Shown piece after piece: positions 63,122 through 64,000 of a DNA stretch of 64,000 nt. The position numbers were made by a program, and so were the translations under genes. The notes below the pieces were generated by a model. It saw only the letters and a program-made list of their open reading frames with translations. It searched no databases and had not been told where the DNA came from. Source of the stretch: a virus. Its lineage: Duplodnaviria; Caudoviricetes. The first letter of the stretch is position 1; every line of letters starts with the position of its first letter. The stretch lies in the IMG/VR virus record IMGVR_UViG_3300027749_000034, one strand, 5' to 3'.

Positions 63122-63607
63122 ATGAAATACATTAAATGGTCTCTAATTTGTGTAGTATCATTGGTTGTATTATGTTTAACAGTTTTTTATCTGACGACTT
63201 CTACAGAAGAAAAACTATATGTGTGTACAGGAACTGAAGTAAGATTCTACCCTTATTCAACTTCCATGTCAATGAAAGAAGATAAAGAGACTATTGCATT
63301 TACATATAAAATTACCAAGTCATTGATTGGCGAAAGTAGTGTAATTAATTTTGATGGTTGGGGTTTTTATGGATTCAGGAAAAATGATGGTAACCATGGG
63401 CCAGAGGCAAAAGACATAGTATGGGCCAATGATTCTATTATAGGTGCGTCTAAATTCATAGCATTCAGGGAAAATGTTTCGTTTAACTTTGACAGGATTA
63501 CAAAAAATATTAACTTCCAACACAATGTCCCAGCCCCAAATAACCCAGGCTATGAGACATTTGAAAGGACATTTAACGGTTCTTGTGTTTTAACAACCAA
63601 AGGATAA
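63122..63607 (+). CDS. membrane-anchored hypothetical protein
   Basis: N-terminal TM helix, paired Cys. Confidence 0.7.
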   Translation: MKYIKWSLICVVSLVVLCLTVFYLTTSTEEKLYVCTGTEVRFYPYSTSMSMKEDKETIAFTYKITKSLIGESSVINFDGWGFYGFRKNDGNHGPEAKDIVWANDSIIGASKFIAFRENVSFNFDRITKNINFQHNVPAPNNPGYETFERTFNGSCVLTTKG

Positions 63608-63611
63608 TAAA

Positions 63612-63980
63612 ATGAAAAACTTTTTAATTGTAGTTGCTATGGCGGCTGTATTGTACTCTTGTGGTAAATCTGAAAAAGTTGCAAGCGACGAATCTGGATG
63701 TAGTTATTATGCATCTAAATTTAGTTGCGAGTATGTTATTAACAAGGCAAGTTATGATGTATACTACTGGAGATATTTAAACAGTGACAATTCTGAAAGA
63801 TATGTTGATACTGTTACAGGGTTGATTAACTGTCATGATGCCGCAATAAGTGCCCATAACGAAGCTAATCATCGGATGAATCAAGACCTTGAATGGTCCG
63901 ATCGTATGTATATTTGTATGCTGAAGAAGGATGGCAGAAACTTGGAAAAGCATCGTTATATTGGATGGCCTAGCAAATAA
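63612..63980 (+). CDS. lipoprotein
   Basis: MKNFLIVVAMAAVLYS-C lipobox. Confidence 0.72.
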   Translation: MKNFLIVVAMAAVLYSCGKSEKVASDESGCSYYASKFSCEYVINKASYDVYYWRYLNSDNSERYVDTVTGLINCHDAAISAHNEANHRMNQDLEWSDRMYICMLKKDGRNLEKHRYIGWPSK

Positions 63981-63983
63981 AAC

Positions 63984-64000
63984 TGTTGTAAAAATACAAC
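63984..64000 (+). promoter_or_regulatory. palindromic operator (cut by window end)
   Basis: TGTTGTAAAAATACAAC. Confidence 0.75.

Noticed and set aside
16025-64000. CRISPR array from the repeated TGTTGTAAAAATACAACA
   Set aside because: Copies are dispersed at promoters, not regularly interspaced; no cas operon. The 7178 nuclease lacks the Cas4 Fe-S cysteines.
1-64000. Stop-codon reassignment or suppressor tRNAs
   Set aside because: TAA, TAG and TGA all end well-formed genes, core genes are uninterrupted, and no tRNA has a CTA, TTA or TCA anticodon.
1-64000. Prophage, mobile element, retron or DGR
   Set aside because: No integrase, transposase, reverse transcriptase or template/variable repeat pair; gene content indicates a lytic jumbo phage.

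Overview
A 64-kb segment of a lytic jumbo/huge myovirus-type bacteriophage genome, almost all on the + strand. It uses the standard genetic code, and I found no integrase, CRISPR array or reverse transcriptase. The host is probably a Gram-negative proteobacterium (inference). 1-15.2 kb holds core genes: a DnaB/gp41-like helicase, virion-type hypotheticals, a KWDG ligase-like protein, an exonuclease, NrdAB, glutaredoxin, PAAR and an M15 peptidase. 15.2-64 kb is a host-takeover and accessory region. It carries a circularly permuted two-piece tmRNA, 28 tRNAs covering all 20 amino acids, an RpoZ homologue, a (p)ppGpp-hydrolase-like HD protein, ClpP, IscU/IscA, an APS kinase-like protein, a PlcP/Agt-like lipid remodelling pair and many envelope proteins. 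Cassettes of tailoring enzymes are interspersed (seven HxD...H dioxygenase-like proteins, three PP-loop enzymes, two radical SAMs, GNATs, a methyltransferase, a sulfotransferase-like protein). The most novel-looking signals are non-coding: (i) the permuted tmRNA; (ii) two leaderless leader-peptide attenuators with the same terminator stem in front of the tRNA arrays; (iii) a family of long-stem-enclosed structured RNAs between tRNAs; (iv) tRNAs that supply stop codons or a signal peptide to neighbouring CDSs; (v) a 10-copy palindromic operator. All calls are by eye from motifs and base pairing; no database search or folding program was run.
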